This document shows positions 1-9,830 of a stretch of 54,623 bases of DNA, piece after piece; within the stretch, counting starts at the first letter, position 1; every line of letters begins with the position of its first letter. The translations under genes and the position numbers were made by a program. The notes beneath the pieces are model-generated. The model was given only the letters and a program-made list of their open reading frames with translations, was not told where the DNA came from and ran no database searches. This DNA comes from Candidatus Uhrbacteria bacterium (GTDB lineage: Bacteria > Patescibacteriota > Patescibacteriia > UBA9934 > GWF2-40-263), in assembly GCA_016188475.1 (NCBI GenBank), contig JACPHT010000005.1, positions 1 through 54,623 of the forward strand. The letters are read 5' to 3'.

Positions 1-1074
1 AACCTCGAATGCGCCTTCAACATAGAGTGAGTCATCTGCTGTTGCATCCCCAGGAACTCCAGTATCACCAACTCGTGTGTATCCAGTCGCAGACAAACTC
101 AAGTTTCCATCTGAAGTTACATCATCGCCGTTAACTGCAAGGTCATCGGTAAGAGTGACAGCTCCAGTTACACCAAGAGTTCCTGCAAAGGTTCCATTTC
201 CAGAATCGTTCAATGTAAACGCGGCAACGCCGTTGTCTTGAACAATAAAATCACCAGAACTTGAAAGATTAACAACTGTATCGCCTGTTCCACTGTTCGT
301 AATTGTAAACGCTTCTACTCCGTCTTGAGTGATTGAAGTGCTTGTGTCAAGCGCAAGAGTGTCAGAGAGTTCAGTGAAGTCTAAACAGTCAACACATGAT
401 ATGTCTCCAACAGTTGCAGTGCCTGCAACATCAAGTGATGAATCAAAGTCAACTGCTCCGTCAACATACAAACCGCCATCGATTTCGGCAGTGCCTTCAA
501 CGAATAATGAATCGTCAGCAAGAGCGACAAGATTGTCCGGCACTGATCCTGTTCCAATTCTCTGACCTGACGTAACAGTCAAATCTGTTCCGACAGTGAC
601 ATCGCGGGTTGTTGAAACACCGCCTGTTAGAGAAACGTCATTCGAAGCATTAGCATCTGTTGTTATTGTTATCGCTGTTACAGAAGCAGAACCGAATGCA
701 AGTGAAGTCGCTGTTGTTGTTCCAAAACTTAGTGCGCCTGCCGCGTTTGCATCCACTCGCGAACTTGGATCAATCAACACGTTTCCACCGTCGGTTATAT
801 TTCCAGAGCTATCAATATCAAACGCGCCTGCGGCCGCTGAAACAGCTCCAGTAGAACCTGTGACATCAAAATTGGTTCCATCAATGTTATTTGCATCGAT
901 CGTAAGTGTACTATCAAAATAAGCTGTCCCATCAACCTCGAATGCGCCTTCAACATAGAGTGAGTCATCTGCTGTTGCATCCCCAGGAACTCCAGTATCA
1001 CCAACTCGTGTGTATCCAGTCGCAGACAAACTCAAGTTTCCATCTGAAGTTACATCATCGCCGTTAACTGCAAG
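1..1074. repeat. Intragenic direct repeats (1-141 = 934-1074; ~181-400 similar to ~1327-1545)
   Basis: Direct sequence comparison; offsets of 933 and 1146 nt are multiples of 3. Confidence 0.9.
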
Positions 1075-2361
1075 TACATCATCGCCGTTAACTGCAAGAT
1101 CGTCTGTAAGAGTGACAGCTCCAGTTACACCAAGAGTACCTGTGATAGACGCATTCCCTGTTGTTCCAGCATCAGTAATACTAAAGAGTGTGTTTGTTCC
1201 GTCTCTGAAAATAAATGATCCTGTATTTCCAACATCAATGTTCCAAGTTGTCGCTGTTGAAGTAAGATCACCACCATTTACAGCCAAGTCTCCTGTTAGA
1301 GTTGTGTTACCAGTGACTCCAAGCGTTCCTGCAAATGTTCCATTTCCAGAATCATTTACAGTAAATGCGGCAACACCGTTGTCTTGAACAATAAAGTCCC
1401 CTGTACTTGAAAGATTAACTATCGTGTTTCCTGTTCCACTGTTTGTAATGGTAAATACTTCTGCTGAATCTTGAGTAATTGAAGTGCTTGTGTCAAGCGC
1501 AAGAGTGTCAGAGAGTTCTGTGAAGTCTAAACAGTCAACACATGAAAGATCACTAACTGTCGCTGTTCCAACAAGATCAATCGCTCCATCAACGTATAAA
1601 TTACCTTCAATACCAGCGTCGCTTGCAACAAATAAATCATTCCCGCTTAAAGAAAAAGCAACATTTGCAATAGTTTCGGTCGCTGATGTTGAAGCACCAA
1701 CAACTAAATCATTATCAATAAATCCATCGCCCATTACTTCGATTTCATCTGCCACACGCAAATCTCCAACACCGCCAGAACCATATGAAAACGCTGTATC
1801 GGCACCCACAATCGCCGCTGCATCATCTTCATAAGAACCGTTAGTACCAACTTCCCAAAGTTGAATCACTGACAAATCAATTCCATCAAGCGTGTCCGCA
1901 TTCAATGCGTAAGGTGCTGCGACAAGTTGTTTGCGCGGAGTAAGTGTTTCACCGGCAATGATTACCTCAAGATATATTCCTGTGTTGTCCGCAAAAGTTG
2001 AATCAGAAATCGCCGCATAAGGAGATGCAATCGAAGTATCACCTAAATTTTCTGTGAACAATCCGTTTGTCAAAGTCACTGTTCGCGCGGTTGTTGAACC
2101 AGGAGTATTGCCATCGCATGTCGAAGACGAGTTTGACCAAATACAAGTTCCGCCAGACAAAGAAGAGTACAAGAAAAACTTCATCGAAGCAGATGAACTT
2201 GAAACCGGGACTCCGTTTGCGTCAAGAACACGTCCTTGGTAGGTAAGAATATTTGGCGGACTGGCAGCATGTACCGGAAGCACAACCCAACTTATAACCA
2301 TCGCAAGCATGGAGACGATGGTTATGATGCTGATCCGTTTATTTTGAATTTTGAGATTCAT
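1..2361 (-). CDS. Large secreted repeat-rich surface/fibre protein, 3' partial (>787 aa), not in the ORF track
   Basis: ATG at 2361, open frame to the window edge. MNLKIQNKRISIITIVSMLAMVISWVVLPVHA signal peptide, TYQGRVLDANG and TPRKQLVAAPYA motifs, T/G/D/S-rich beta repeats, repeated SCVDCLDFTELSDTLALD block. Confidence 0.85.
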   Translation of the reverse strand, partial: MNLKIQNKRISIITIVSMLAMVISWVVLPVHAASPPNILTYQGRVLDANGVPVSSSSASMKFFLYSSLSGGTCIWSNSSSTCDGNTPGSTTARTVTLTNGLFTENLGDTSIASPYAAISDSTFADNTGIYLEVIIAGETLTPRKQLVAAPYALNADTLDGIDLSVIQLWEVGTNGSYEDDAAAIVGADTAFSYGSGGVGDLRVADEIEVMGDGFIDNDLVVGASTSATETIANVAFSLSGNDLFVASDAGIEGNLYVDGAIDLVGTATVSDLSCVDCLDFTELSDTLALDTSTSITQDSAEVFTITNSGTGNTIVNLSSTGDFIVQDNGVAAFTVNDSGNGTFAGTLGVTGNTTLTGDLAVNGGDLTSTATTWNIDVGNTGSFIFRDGTNTLFSITDAGTTGNASITGTLGVTGAVTLTDDLAVNGDDVLAVNGDDVTSDGNLSLSATGYTRVGDTGVPGDATADDSLYVEGAFEVDGTAYFDSTLTIDANNIDGTNFDVTGSTGAVSAAAGAFDIDSSGNITDGGNVLIDPSSRVDANAAGALSFGTTTATSLAFGSASVTAITITTDANASNDVSLTGGVSTTRDVTVGTDLTVTSGQRIGTGSVPDNLVALADDSLFVEGTAEIDGGLYVDGAVDFDSSLDVAGTATVGDISCVDCLDFTELSDTLALDTSTSITQDGVEAFTITNSGTGDTVVNLSSSGDFIVQDNGVAAFTLNDSGNGTFAGTLGVTGAVTLTDDLAVNGDDVTSDGNLSLSATGYTRVGDTGVPGDATADDSLYVEGAFEV
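1051..1098. repeat. Exact 24-bp tandem duplication (LAVNGDDV x2)
   Basis: tacatcatcgccgttaactgcaag at 1051-1074 and 1075-1098. Confidence 0.9.
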
Positions 2362-5300
2362 ATGTTTCTGTATCAGTAGATGAATGCGGATGCATTTCTA
2401 CATCAACAGCAAAGTCTTGGGATCCTTTTGCGCCGCGCAAATCGATTGGACGCACTTGTGTTGACCGATATCCTGCTTTTTCAAACACAGCAAAGTATTC
2501 ACTCGGCCCGAGCAAGAACGCATAACGACCTTTGCTGTCTGTCATCTGTGTATCGAGAAGTTTGTTGTAGCGCGGCTCAAAAATTCTCGCAACAACGTTT
2601 GCAAGAGGACGTTTTGTTTCTGTGTCGTAAACAATTCCCCAACTCTTGGGTTTACGTGGTTTGGCAAGTCGTCGCGCAAGCAGATAAACCAGGATCTGCA
2701 CGAAAACCATCACGGCCGCAAGCACGGAGGGCCTGATGATAACGACAGCCACCGAAACAATCACGCCACTTATAGCGATGAAATGTTGTAGCAAGCGCAA
2801 CCGCCCTTGCCAAACCACACGTTTCGGTTTTTCAACTACTGTCACTTGAGCCGAATCAAGTGGAACATTAGGAGTGATTACAGCATCCTTTTCTGTCACC
2901 TCGATGAACTCACCGTGGTAGACGTCCAGGAATACGCCGTCATCCTTCACCCCATTAAGATATTCCGATGGAAATCGGAATCCGGCTTTTGTGACTGTTA
3001 GGCGATATGTTCCTGGTTGTACCAAGAAGAAGAATCGTCCTTGTTTGTCAGTCACACGGCTTTTAACAAGCCGTCCTTGACCAGGATTTGTCTTATCCTC
3101 TATTTGGAATAGACGAACCACAGCCAAATCAACCGGAGTTTTGGAAATGGCATAATAGACCGTGCCAAATCCTTTACGTTTGCGCCTCCAAAAAAGAAGA
3201 ATAGGCGCTGTGAAAAGATATTGAAGGAACGGAAGGAAATCGAATGCCACTGTCATAATGAGCAAACTGGCACCGGCTGTGACAGCAAGAACTGGCGTGG
3301 CAATTACTGTTGCGTTTTGAGCAACACGATTATCTCGAACTGTTTCAAGCGCTTGTTGTACTGTCTGTTTAACAGGCGTCTGAAATACATTTTCAATTTG
3401 CGCGGACAATTTTTCCGTTTCTGGTTTTGGAATCGCTGTCAAAACAATTTTCTTGTTGACAATATTATTATCAACAATAAATGTTTCTCCAGAATACGGT
3501 TTAAAACCCTTTGCTGATGTTTCCAAACGATATGATCCATCAAGAACATACCACCCATATGTTCCATTTGAATCTGTTGTTGTTGGATTGTACTGACTGT
3601 ATGGTGACCCATCCCATACAACCAACTTTCCATCAACGAGTTGTGAAAGAGTCAGACTAACTCCTTCAACTTTAGCTTCTTCACCATCGATGTCTTGTGT
3701 TGTGATGCCCCATGGCAACACATTCAAGAGGGAAGAAACACTTTCGTTTTTCCCGTCAGCATACTCAACCGCAATCTCCAGCTTATAGAGTTGCGCGAGT
3801 GCAGGCGTTATTATGTCCGCCATGTAAAGAGCGTCTCCACCTTGCTCATCTTCAAGGCGAAGTAGGTACATATCCGACCCAATAGAAGCCTGCAGGACCT
3901 CTACATTATCGGAAAGTTCGTCTTCTGAAATTTGCAGACGGATTTGCGTGCTTGGCAAAACATCGAACGTCCCTTTCTCACCCAAAGAAAGGGTAATGCT
4001 GCCATTTGCAACAACAATTATCACGTCCTCAATTTCAAGTGCCGCTTTGACAGCACCGAGAAAAGTTGGCGAGCTTCCCACCGGCTCTCCAGATGGAACC
4101 TCAATCGGTTCCTCCGAAGGCACTTCTGGCAGTGGCTCAGTACCTGGTTCTGGCTTGAGCTCGGGTTTTGATTCCGGCTCAGGCTTTGGAACAACAGGTG
4201 GCACCTCTTCTTCTAAAGCGGTTGGTGTACCTGATCCAACCGCTCCAGAAGCGAATTGCCCTGCAGCATCATAAGAGAACACTCCATAATAGTATGTGAG
4301 TCCATTTGTAAGATTGGTGCGTAGAAGACTTGTTGCAAGCGCGTTCAAAACTTGCGTGCACGATGAATCACTTGGTCCTGTCGGATATTTACTTTGACAC
4401 TCAAGAACTTTGATTCCAGCCAAGTCAGAGTCGTTTGGATTTGTCCAAGACAAAGATAATGATTTGTTCCCTGCTGTAATTGTCAATCCTGAAACATTTG
4501 CAGGTGCGAAATCCTGTGAAGTCGTAAACGTATTATCACCGGACAATACTGTGTTACTAGAACTATCAACTGAATCAACACGAAAGTGATACAGTTTCCC
4601 AGATTGAAGATTAGTCAAAATAACACTGTGATCTGTAACAAGTGAACTGCTACTCTTGGACGAATCATAACTTTCATTAAGTCCATATTCGACAACACTC
4701 GTGGAAGCCTCATTTGTGTTCCAAGTTACTCGCGCGCTTGATTGAGTAATGTCAACAACACTAATGTTTGAAATTATCGGAGCTGTTTGATCAAGAGTTG
4801 AAAACGATTGTGTGGAAGACGTTGCTTGATTGGAACTTAAATCCTTTGATCGAATGCGGAAGTAATAAGTCTTCCCTTCTTGCAAGCCTCCAAGTCCAAG
4901 CGAATGATTTACAACATAAGAAGCGTCAAAAGTTGTTCCTTCTTCAAAGGATTGAGTCAAGCCATAATCAATCGCACTGTCGGACGACTCATCAGTTGTC
5001 CAACTTACAACAGCCGCCTTGGCTGTCACTTGTGAAACAACAATGTTACTGATAACCGGAGCAGTTGTATCTCCCTGTGAACCGCCACCACCTCCATTAT
5101 TTCCGCCACCACCTCCAGGATTGGAAACACTTACGTTTACAGAGACTTGGTCTTGAGAACTGACCGGAAGCGCAATTGATCCAAAATCTCCAAAAGTTCC
5201 GCCGATTGTCACGAAGTATGTTCCAACACTTGATGGATTGGTTATGCGATTTGTTCCTGTTCCAGAACTTGTTGAGTTTGTTCCAATCTCTATTGCGACT

Positions 5301-5692
5301 TGGCTTGACGCGGCTATCGCGCCACTATCTCCGGCACAGATTGTGATTGTAAGAACATCACCAGCCATGACAACGGAGGCTTTTTCTGTTCCAGCGCAGT
5401 TTGCCGCTGTCGTAAGATCAACTCCGTCGTCTGAAATATCAACATCATCTTCAATAATCGAAGATGTGTTGAAAGACGCAGAAAATGAAAGAGTAATTGT
5501 TTGTCCTTCTGCTACACCAGATGAAGTTGTAAAGAGCACTTGGTGGTTCGAGCTTTGACTTGCCTGAAGCGTTGTCGGATAATCATTCGCGCTTGTGACA
5601 GTCGCGGCGTTTACTGAAGACACCAAAATCGTTGCCGTTAGAACAACGGAAACGGTTGCGATGCTCCAGATGTTGCGAACAAAATTTTGCAC
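2339..5692 (-). CDS. Large membrane-anchored surface protein with FN3/purple-acid-phosphatase-N-like domains and carboxypeptidase-regulatory-like beta-sandwiches
   Basis: 1117 aa; signal peptide; repeated DTTAPVISNI..V.WTTDE..YYFR FN3 units; PE-rich linker; TD..G.Y/F motifs; C-terminal TM helices. Confidence 0.8.
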   Translation of the reverse strand: MQNFVRNIWSIATVSVVLTATILVSSVNAATVTSANDYPTTLQASQSSNHQVLFTTSSGVAEGQTITLSFSASFNTSSIIEDDVDISDDGVDLTTAANCAGTEKASVVMAGDVLTITICAGDSGAIAASSQVAIEIGTNSTSSGTGTNRITNPSSVGTYFVTIGGTFGDFGSIALPVSSQDQVSVNVSVSNPGGGGGNNGGGGGSQGDTTAPVISNIVVSQVTAKAAVVSWTTDESSDSAIDYGLTQSFEEGTTFDASYVVNHSLGLGGLQEGKTYYFRIRSKDLSSNQATSSTQSFSTLDQTAPIISNISVVDITQSSARVTWNTNEASTSVVEYGLNESYDSSKSSSSLVTDHSVILTNLQSGKLYHFRVDSVDSSSNTVLSGDNTFTTSQDFAPANVSGLTITAGNKSLSLSWTNPNDSDLAGIKVLECQSKYPTGPSDSSCTQVLNALATSLLRTNLTNGLTYYYGVFSYDAAGQFASGAVGSGTPTALEEEVPPVVPKPEPESKPELKPEPGTEPLPEVPSEEPIEVPSGEPVGSSPTFLGAVKAALEIEDVIIVVANGSITLSLGEKGTFDVLPSTQIRLQISEDELSDNVEVLQASIGSDMYLLRLEDEQGGDALYMADIITPALAQLYKLEIAVEYADGKNESVSSLLNVLPWGITTQDIDGEEAKVEGVSLTLSQLVDGKLVVWDGSPYSQYNPTTTDSNGTYGWYVLDGSYRLETSAKGFKPYSGETFIVDNNIVNKKIVLTAIPKPETEKLSAQIENVFQTPVKQTVQQALETVRDNRVAQNATVIATPVLAVTAGASLLIMTVAFDFLPFLQYLFTAPILLFWRRKRKGFGTVYYAISKTPVDLAVVRLFQIEDKTNPGQGRLVKSRVTDKQGRFFFLVQPGTYRLTVTKAGFRFPSEYLNGVKDDGVFLDVYHGEFIEVTEKDAVITPNVPLDSAQVTVVEKPKRVVWQGRLRLLQHFIAISGVIVSVAVVIIRPSVLAAVMVFVQILVYLLARRLAKPRKPKSWGIVYDTETKRPLANVVARIFEPRYNKLLDTQMTDSKGRYAFLLGPSEYFAVFEKAGYRSTQVRPIDLRGAKGSQDFAVDVEMHPHSSTDTETYESQNSK

Positions 5693-5696
5693 ACAT

Positions 5697-6611
5697 TTAT
5701 TTCCTACGATGAGCCAATGAATAAATAAACAGAATCACTAATATTAGGAGAACATCAAGTGACATTATCTGCCATGGAAAATACCAGAATGAAACACTTG
5801 ATGTAATCGTTTGTTCAGACTGGCCATACTTCAACAACAATTCGGCAGTCATCGGACCAAAAGCTAATACTTTCATCTGATCTTTTGCGCTTTGATAATA
5901 ATTCTTAGTTTCCTCTGATCCAACGACATATGTTCTTGTTGAGTTTGGCAGAACTCGTCCTAATGATGGATTTGCGTCTAGCTTCGCAACAATTCTTCCA
6001 AAAATATCTTTCACTTGAATTATTCCTTTTGGCGAAACATGAACGTTTCCTTGATTCTGCAATCTGAAATCATATTTTCCATCAATCCGACTAGATAATC
6101 GTGCTGAATCTTTTCTAAAGTCCAAAAGTGAAAGTTTTTCTCTTGTATCGCCTTCGACTGTAAGCAAGATTAAAGCTGCGGTTTTTGCCTCAACCATTGC
6201 TCCATTATCGGCAACAAGTTCAGAAGGTGATTGTGAAACAGTAAGCGCGGCATAATATCCGCCAGACAAAACATCAGATGGAATAGAAACATCAAACGGT
6301 ATCTCTCCTTTTGTGTTTGCCGGAACTCTAACTTCAGTTGAAAAAAGTTGAATCCACTGCGCAAGCCCAGAATTATCATCTTCAAATGGAATAAACTTCG
6401 GCCCTTCCCCATTTTCTTGTGGTTCAAATTTTAAAACTCCAAGATAGTACGTCTGCTCAATATCTCTTGTGTTGATCACGGTAATTTTTTCGTGAAGAAC
6501 ATCTCCACGAGCGCCGCTAATTTCCAAAACTGACGGAACAACAGAAGCGGCTCCGACAGATATCGGGATCAATGCAAGAATGATTGAACTTATCAAAAGT
6601 CGAAATTTCAT
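5697..6611 (-). CDS. DUF916/WxL-interacting-like secreted protein with C-terminal TM anchor
   Basis: Signal peptide MKFRLL (start 6611); GGYYAAL, NQGNVH.P.G and VLPNSTR motifs; C-terminal PWQ + TM + basic tail. Confidence 0.65.
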   Translation of the reverse strand: MKFRLLISSIILALIPISVGAASVVPSVLEISGARGDVLHEKITVINTRDIEQTYYLGVLKFEPQENGEGPKFIPFEDDNSGLAQWIQLFSTEVRVPANTKGEIPFDVSIPSDVLSGGYYAALTVSQSPSELVADNGAMVEAKTAALILLTVEGDTREKLSLLDFRKDSARLSSRIDGKYDFRLQNQGNVHVSPKGIIQVKDIFGRIVAKLDANPSLGRVLPNSTRTYVVGSEETKNYYQSAKDQMKVLAFGPMTAELLLKYGQSEQTITSSVSFWYFPWQIMSLDVLLILVILFIYSLAHRRK

Positions 6612-6612
6612 A

Positions 6613-7521
6613 TCAGTAATTTCCGGAAGCAATGAATGTTGTTGTGTTGCTGTAAGTTAGCGCTGCCGTATTTGTTGTGGTTCCGGCTTTCAAAATAATG
6701 AAAGACCTGTCATCAAACGCAAATGTGCTTTTTGTAACAATATCTTGCGCTGTTGAAGTTATCGCAGTATCGGCTGTATCAAATGTACTTGTTAAAATTG
6801 TTGTGTCTGACGATCTTGCGCCATATTCTTCGGCTGTCGCTGTAACAGCCCCATCTGCGACATCGTCAAGTGACGCGGCTCCGTTTTGTAAATCTGTATT
6901 TTCTAAAATCTGAATGCTGTAACCGTTGTCATTATCAATCGTCACCTCAAAACCGATGAGCCCAGTTCCAACAGTTGTTGAACTAATGTTTTCAAGAGTA
7001 AGGATTGAACCATTAAGCTGATAAAGATAATCCTGGGTTCCGTCAATAACTGGAGAACTAGCTCCAACAGTAAGGCTGTCTAAAACAATACTACCAACGC
7101 CAACGGACGAAATTTTTCCAAATCCAACAATTTGACTTGCTCCAAGATCTTGAACAACAGCAACGTAGTCGTTTGCGGAAAGACCTGCTGTTGATGTCAT
7201 TGAAACAGTTGTTCCGGAAATCGATGTTATGGCTCGCTCATTGCTTGAATTTTGAATGTAAAGATCGAAGGAAATGATTTGATCGAAAATTCCAGCACGG
7301 TAACCGTTTGACACTTGATAGGAGGAGCTTGATGCAGTACCCCCAGGACCGATCAGGGAACTGTCACGCAAGGAGTAAGAGGCTGAACTTGAATTATCTG
7401 AACCTCCGGTTGAGATTGTGTCCCACCGAATTTCATAATTCGTGGAGGTCATTCCGGCAGAAGCAATGCTCGCCCATACAAAAAACCCCACAAGTGCAAA
7501 GGTGATGATTCGATTGAACAT
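6613..7521 (-). CDS. Secreted Ser/Thr-rich surface protein
   Basis: 302 aa; signal peptide; MTSTNYEI..GG..SSSASYSL N-terminus; ends YSNTTTFIASGNY. Confidence 0.7.
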   Translation of the reverse strand: MFNRIITFALVGFFVWASIASAGMTSTNYEIRWDTISTGGSDNSSSASYSLRDSSLIGPGGTASSSSYQVSNGYRAGIFDQIISFDLYIQNSSNERAITSISGTTVSMTSTAGLSANDYVAVVQDLGASQIVGFGKISSVGVGSIVLDSLTVGASSPVIDGTQDYLYQLNGSILTLENISSTTVGTGLIGFEVTIDNDNGYSIQILENTDLQNGAASLDDVADGAVTATAEEYGARSSDTTILTSTFDTADTAITSTAQDIVTKSTFAFDDRSFIILKAGTTTNTAALTYSNTTTFIASGNY

Positions 7522-7540
7522 ACATTTCCTTTACAAAAGT

Positions 7541-7595
7541 AGTATATCATGAATACAAAAAGTAGTCAAGCTGTCTTTTGGCTAAATTTAGCAAA
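7541..7595 (-). promoter_or_regulatory. Sigma70-type promoter of the surface operon with upstream palindromic motif
   Basis: Minus strand TTGACT-17 bp-(TGa)TATACT, preceded by TTTGCTAAATTTAGCCAA. Confidence 0.6.
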
Positions 7596-7622
7596 TAAAG
7601 AAAGATTTTGAGACACAAAAAC

Positions 7623-7677
7623 TGTGGATAAGTGCTATTTTTTTCTTCAAACTACCAAAAGTTGGAAATTATCCACC
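7623..7677. promoter_or_regulatory. DnaA boxes
   Basis: TGTGGATAA at 7623-7631 (perfect); TTATCCACC at 7669-7677. Confidence 0.55.
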
Positions 7678-8137
7678 ATTTACACCCGTTTGCATACACT
7701 AGTGTAAACAAAAAAGTTCGGATATCGTACTTTTTTAAAAAATTGAACAATTTAAGTGTTCATCTTAATTTTTCAGAAAAAAATCCTTCTAATAAACCTT
7801 TTACTAAACGTCTATTCGTCTGAAGTTATCCTACTTGGAGCACAACTATTTTTTACTTCCAAATATTTTCAAATTATTCCAATTTCCGTAAACAATCTTT
7901 CAATAGATTTCAACAGTCATGGTATTTATTAGTAAATTCTTTATGTTCCCTACTATTTTATAGAATACCATTCGGAATTTCTGCCTCTGTCTCTCTCGCT
8001 TTTTTACAGGAACTGGCTCACTCTTCCGAAGTTTGGGTGGTCTAAAATGTGAAGAAGTTCATATTTTAGACGTACCCTTCGGATCCCAACCTTAGTATAT
8101 AAATACAATATGCCAAGTAAAACTTGGCATATTGTAT

Positions 8138-8213
8138 TGGTGGACCGTTGGGGATTCGAACCCCAGGCCTTCGCAATGCGAATGCGACGCTCTACCAACT
8201 GAGCTAACGGCCC
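8138..8213 (-). tRNA. tRNA-Ala(CGC)
   Basis: GGGCCGTTAGCTCAGTTGGTAGAGCG..TT-CGC-AT..GGTTCGAATCCC..CCA. Confidence 0.95.
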
Positions 8214-8393
8214 ACGAGCGAGCGAAAAGGCCAGGTTGTTATGACCTGTCGTTGAAGTAAAAATGTTAAAGGGAAATATAATTTCACTTCTATTTTTAAT
8301 ACAACGACAAACCACTAGGTTGGTTTTTTCCGAACGAGGCCATTAACTCCTAACGCTCCAAAGCTTGGCGAAGGCACTAACGACCCGTATTTT

Positions 8394-8409
8394 TGTTTCA
8401 CGTGAAACA
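8394..8409. promoter_or_regulatory. parS centromere site
   Basis: TGTTTCACGTGAAACA, exact consensus palindrome, ~30 kb from oriC. Confidence 0.9.
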
Positions 8410-8439
8410 TTTCACTTGAAAACTATATTATAAAAATCT

Positions 8440-8515
8440 TGGTGTCCTCGGAGGGAATTGAACCCCCATCAACTGCTTAGGACGCAGTTGCTCTATCCAG
8501 TTGAGCTACGGGGAC
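8440..8515 (-). tRNA. tRNA-Arg(CCT)
   Basis: GTCCCCGTAGCTCAACTGGATAGAGC ACTGC-GTCCTAA-GCAGT ..GGTTCAATTCCC..CCA. Confidence 0.93.
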
Positions 8516-8622
8516 TCAACAACTTATGTGTCGTAAAATGAAATAGATATTAAATGTGCTATACTAATGACGCGAGCATAATACGTAAAAAATCAATCCT
8601 CGTCAAAATCTAAACATGCAAT

Positions 8623-9759
8623 ATGACTACTGAACAATTCTTAATTTTGATGGTAATAATCCTCGTAATCGTAATTGTTGTTCTTATTGCGAAACGAAAT
8701 CACCCAAACATCGACTCAGGAGATAAAATTTATAACCTTTTCAATGATCTGAGGAAGGAAATTCAGGAAACTACAAACACTCAACGTCGTGAAGTTCATG
8801 AAAAACTTGATGTAATGCACAACCGTCTTGTTCAAAACATGACAGATTCTTCATCAACTCTTCAAAAACATTTCCATGAAACAGCAAATATGTTTAAGGA
8901 CGTGAACGAGCGTTTATTCACTTTAGACAGTACAAACAAACAAATTCTCAACTATTCAGATCAACTAAAAAGTCTTGAAAACATTCTTAAAAATCCAAAA
9001 CAACGAGGAATACTTGGCGAGTATTGGCTTGAAACATTATTGGGACAGGTTTTAACAGTTGGACAATACAAAATGCAGTATCAACTTGGAATTGATGAAA
9101 CAACCGGACAAAAACTGATTCCTGATGCGGTAATTTTTGTAAAAGAAATGATAATTCCTATTGACGCAAAATTTTCGTTAGAAAATTATAACAGAATTGT
9201 GCAGGAAACTGATCCGATCAGACGTGATGAGCTTGAAAAACAGTTCAAATCAGATGTAAAGATAAGAATTGACGAAACTTCACGTTATATTCAGCCAGAA
9301 AAAGGGACAACCAACTTCGCGTTTATGTTTGTTCCAGCGGAAGGTGTTTATCATAATCTTATCAATGCTGATATTGGCGCAGTAAAGGTCAATTCTCGAA
9401 ATTTAATTGAATACGCATTTGAAAAAGGCGTTATGATCGTCTCACCAACTTCATTTTTTGCTTATTTGCAAACAGTGTTGCTTGGACTCAAAGCGCTCCA
9501 GATTGAAGAGTCTGTAAAAGAAATCCAAAAACACGCCGAACTTCTCATGCGCCATATGAAAGCATATGAAGAACATCACAATCGTGTTGGAAAACATCTT
9601 GAAACAACTGTTCGCGCATTCACAAGCTCGTCAAACGAACTCAAAAAGATAGATAAAGATATATTCCGAATAACAGAAGGAACAGCCGGGAAGCAACTTG
9701 ATATTCTTGAAATTGAATCAGGAACTGAAGGCGACGAAGTTGTTGAGCAGTCTGATTGA
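8623..9759 (+). CDS. rmuC: DNA recombination protein RmuC
   Basis: N-terminal TM, coiled coil, RGILGE, PDAVI, PIDAKF, FAFMFVPAEG, VSPTS motifs. Confidence 0.93.
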   Translation: MTTEQFLILMVIILVIVIVVLIAKRNHPNIDSGDKIYNLFNDLRKEIQETTNTQRREVHEKLDVMHNRLVQNMTDSSSTLQKHFHETANMFKDVNERLFTLDSTNKQILNYSDQLKSLENILKNPKQRGILGEYWLETLLGQVLTVGQYKMQYQLGIDETTGQKLIPDAVIFVKEMIIPIDAKFSLENYNRIVQETDPIRRDELEKQFKSDVKIRIDETSRYIQPEKGTTNFAFMFVPAEGVYHNLINADIGAVKVNSRNLIEYAFEKGVMIVSPTSFFAYLQTVLLGLKALQIEESVKEIQKHAELLMRHMKAYEEHHNRVGKHLETTVRAFTSSSNELKKIDKDIFRITEGTAGKQLDILEIESGTEGDEVVEQSD

Positions 9760-9830
9760 CATTCTTTATTTTTATATGTTAAATCAATTCGCCAAAGTGG
9801 CAAACTTAGTTAACGAAAGGAAAGGTAAAA

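Noticed and set aside
1-1550. Diversity-generating retroelement TR/VR pair
   Set aside because: Both copies are coding, differences appear largely synonymous and not adenine-restricted, and there is no reverse transcriptase in the window
329-2242. Several + strand ORFs in the track
   Set aside because: Antisense shadows of the long minus-strand ORF 1-2361
8004-8315. ORFs overlapping tRNAs (also 17080-17373 and 48911-49358)
   Set aside because: Spurious translations across tRNA genes
8570-8600. Possible dif site (gcgagcataatacgtaaaaaatcaat)
   Set aside because: Poor match in the XerD arm and an origin-proximal location
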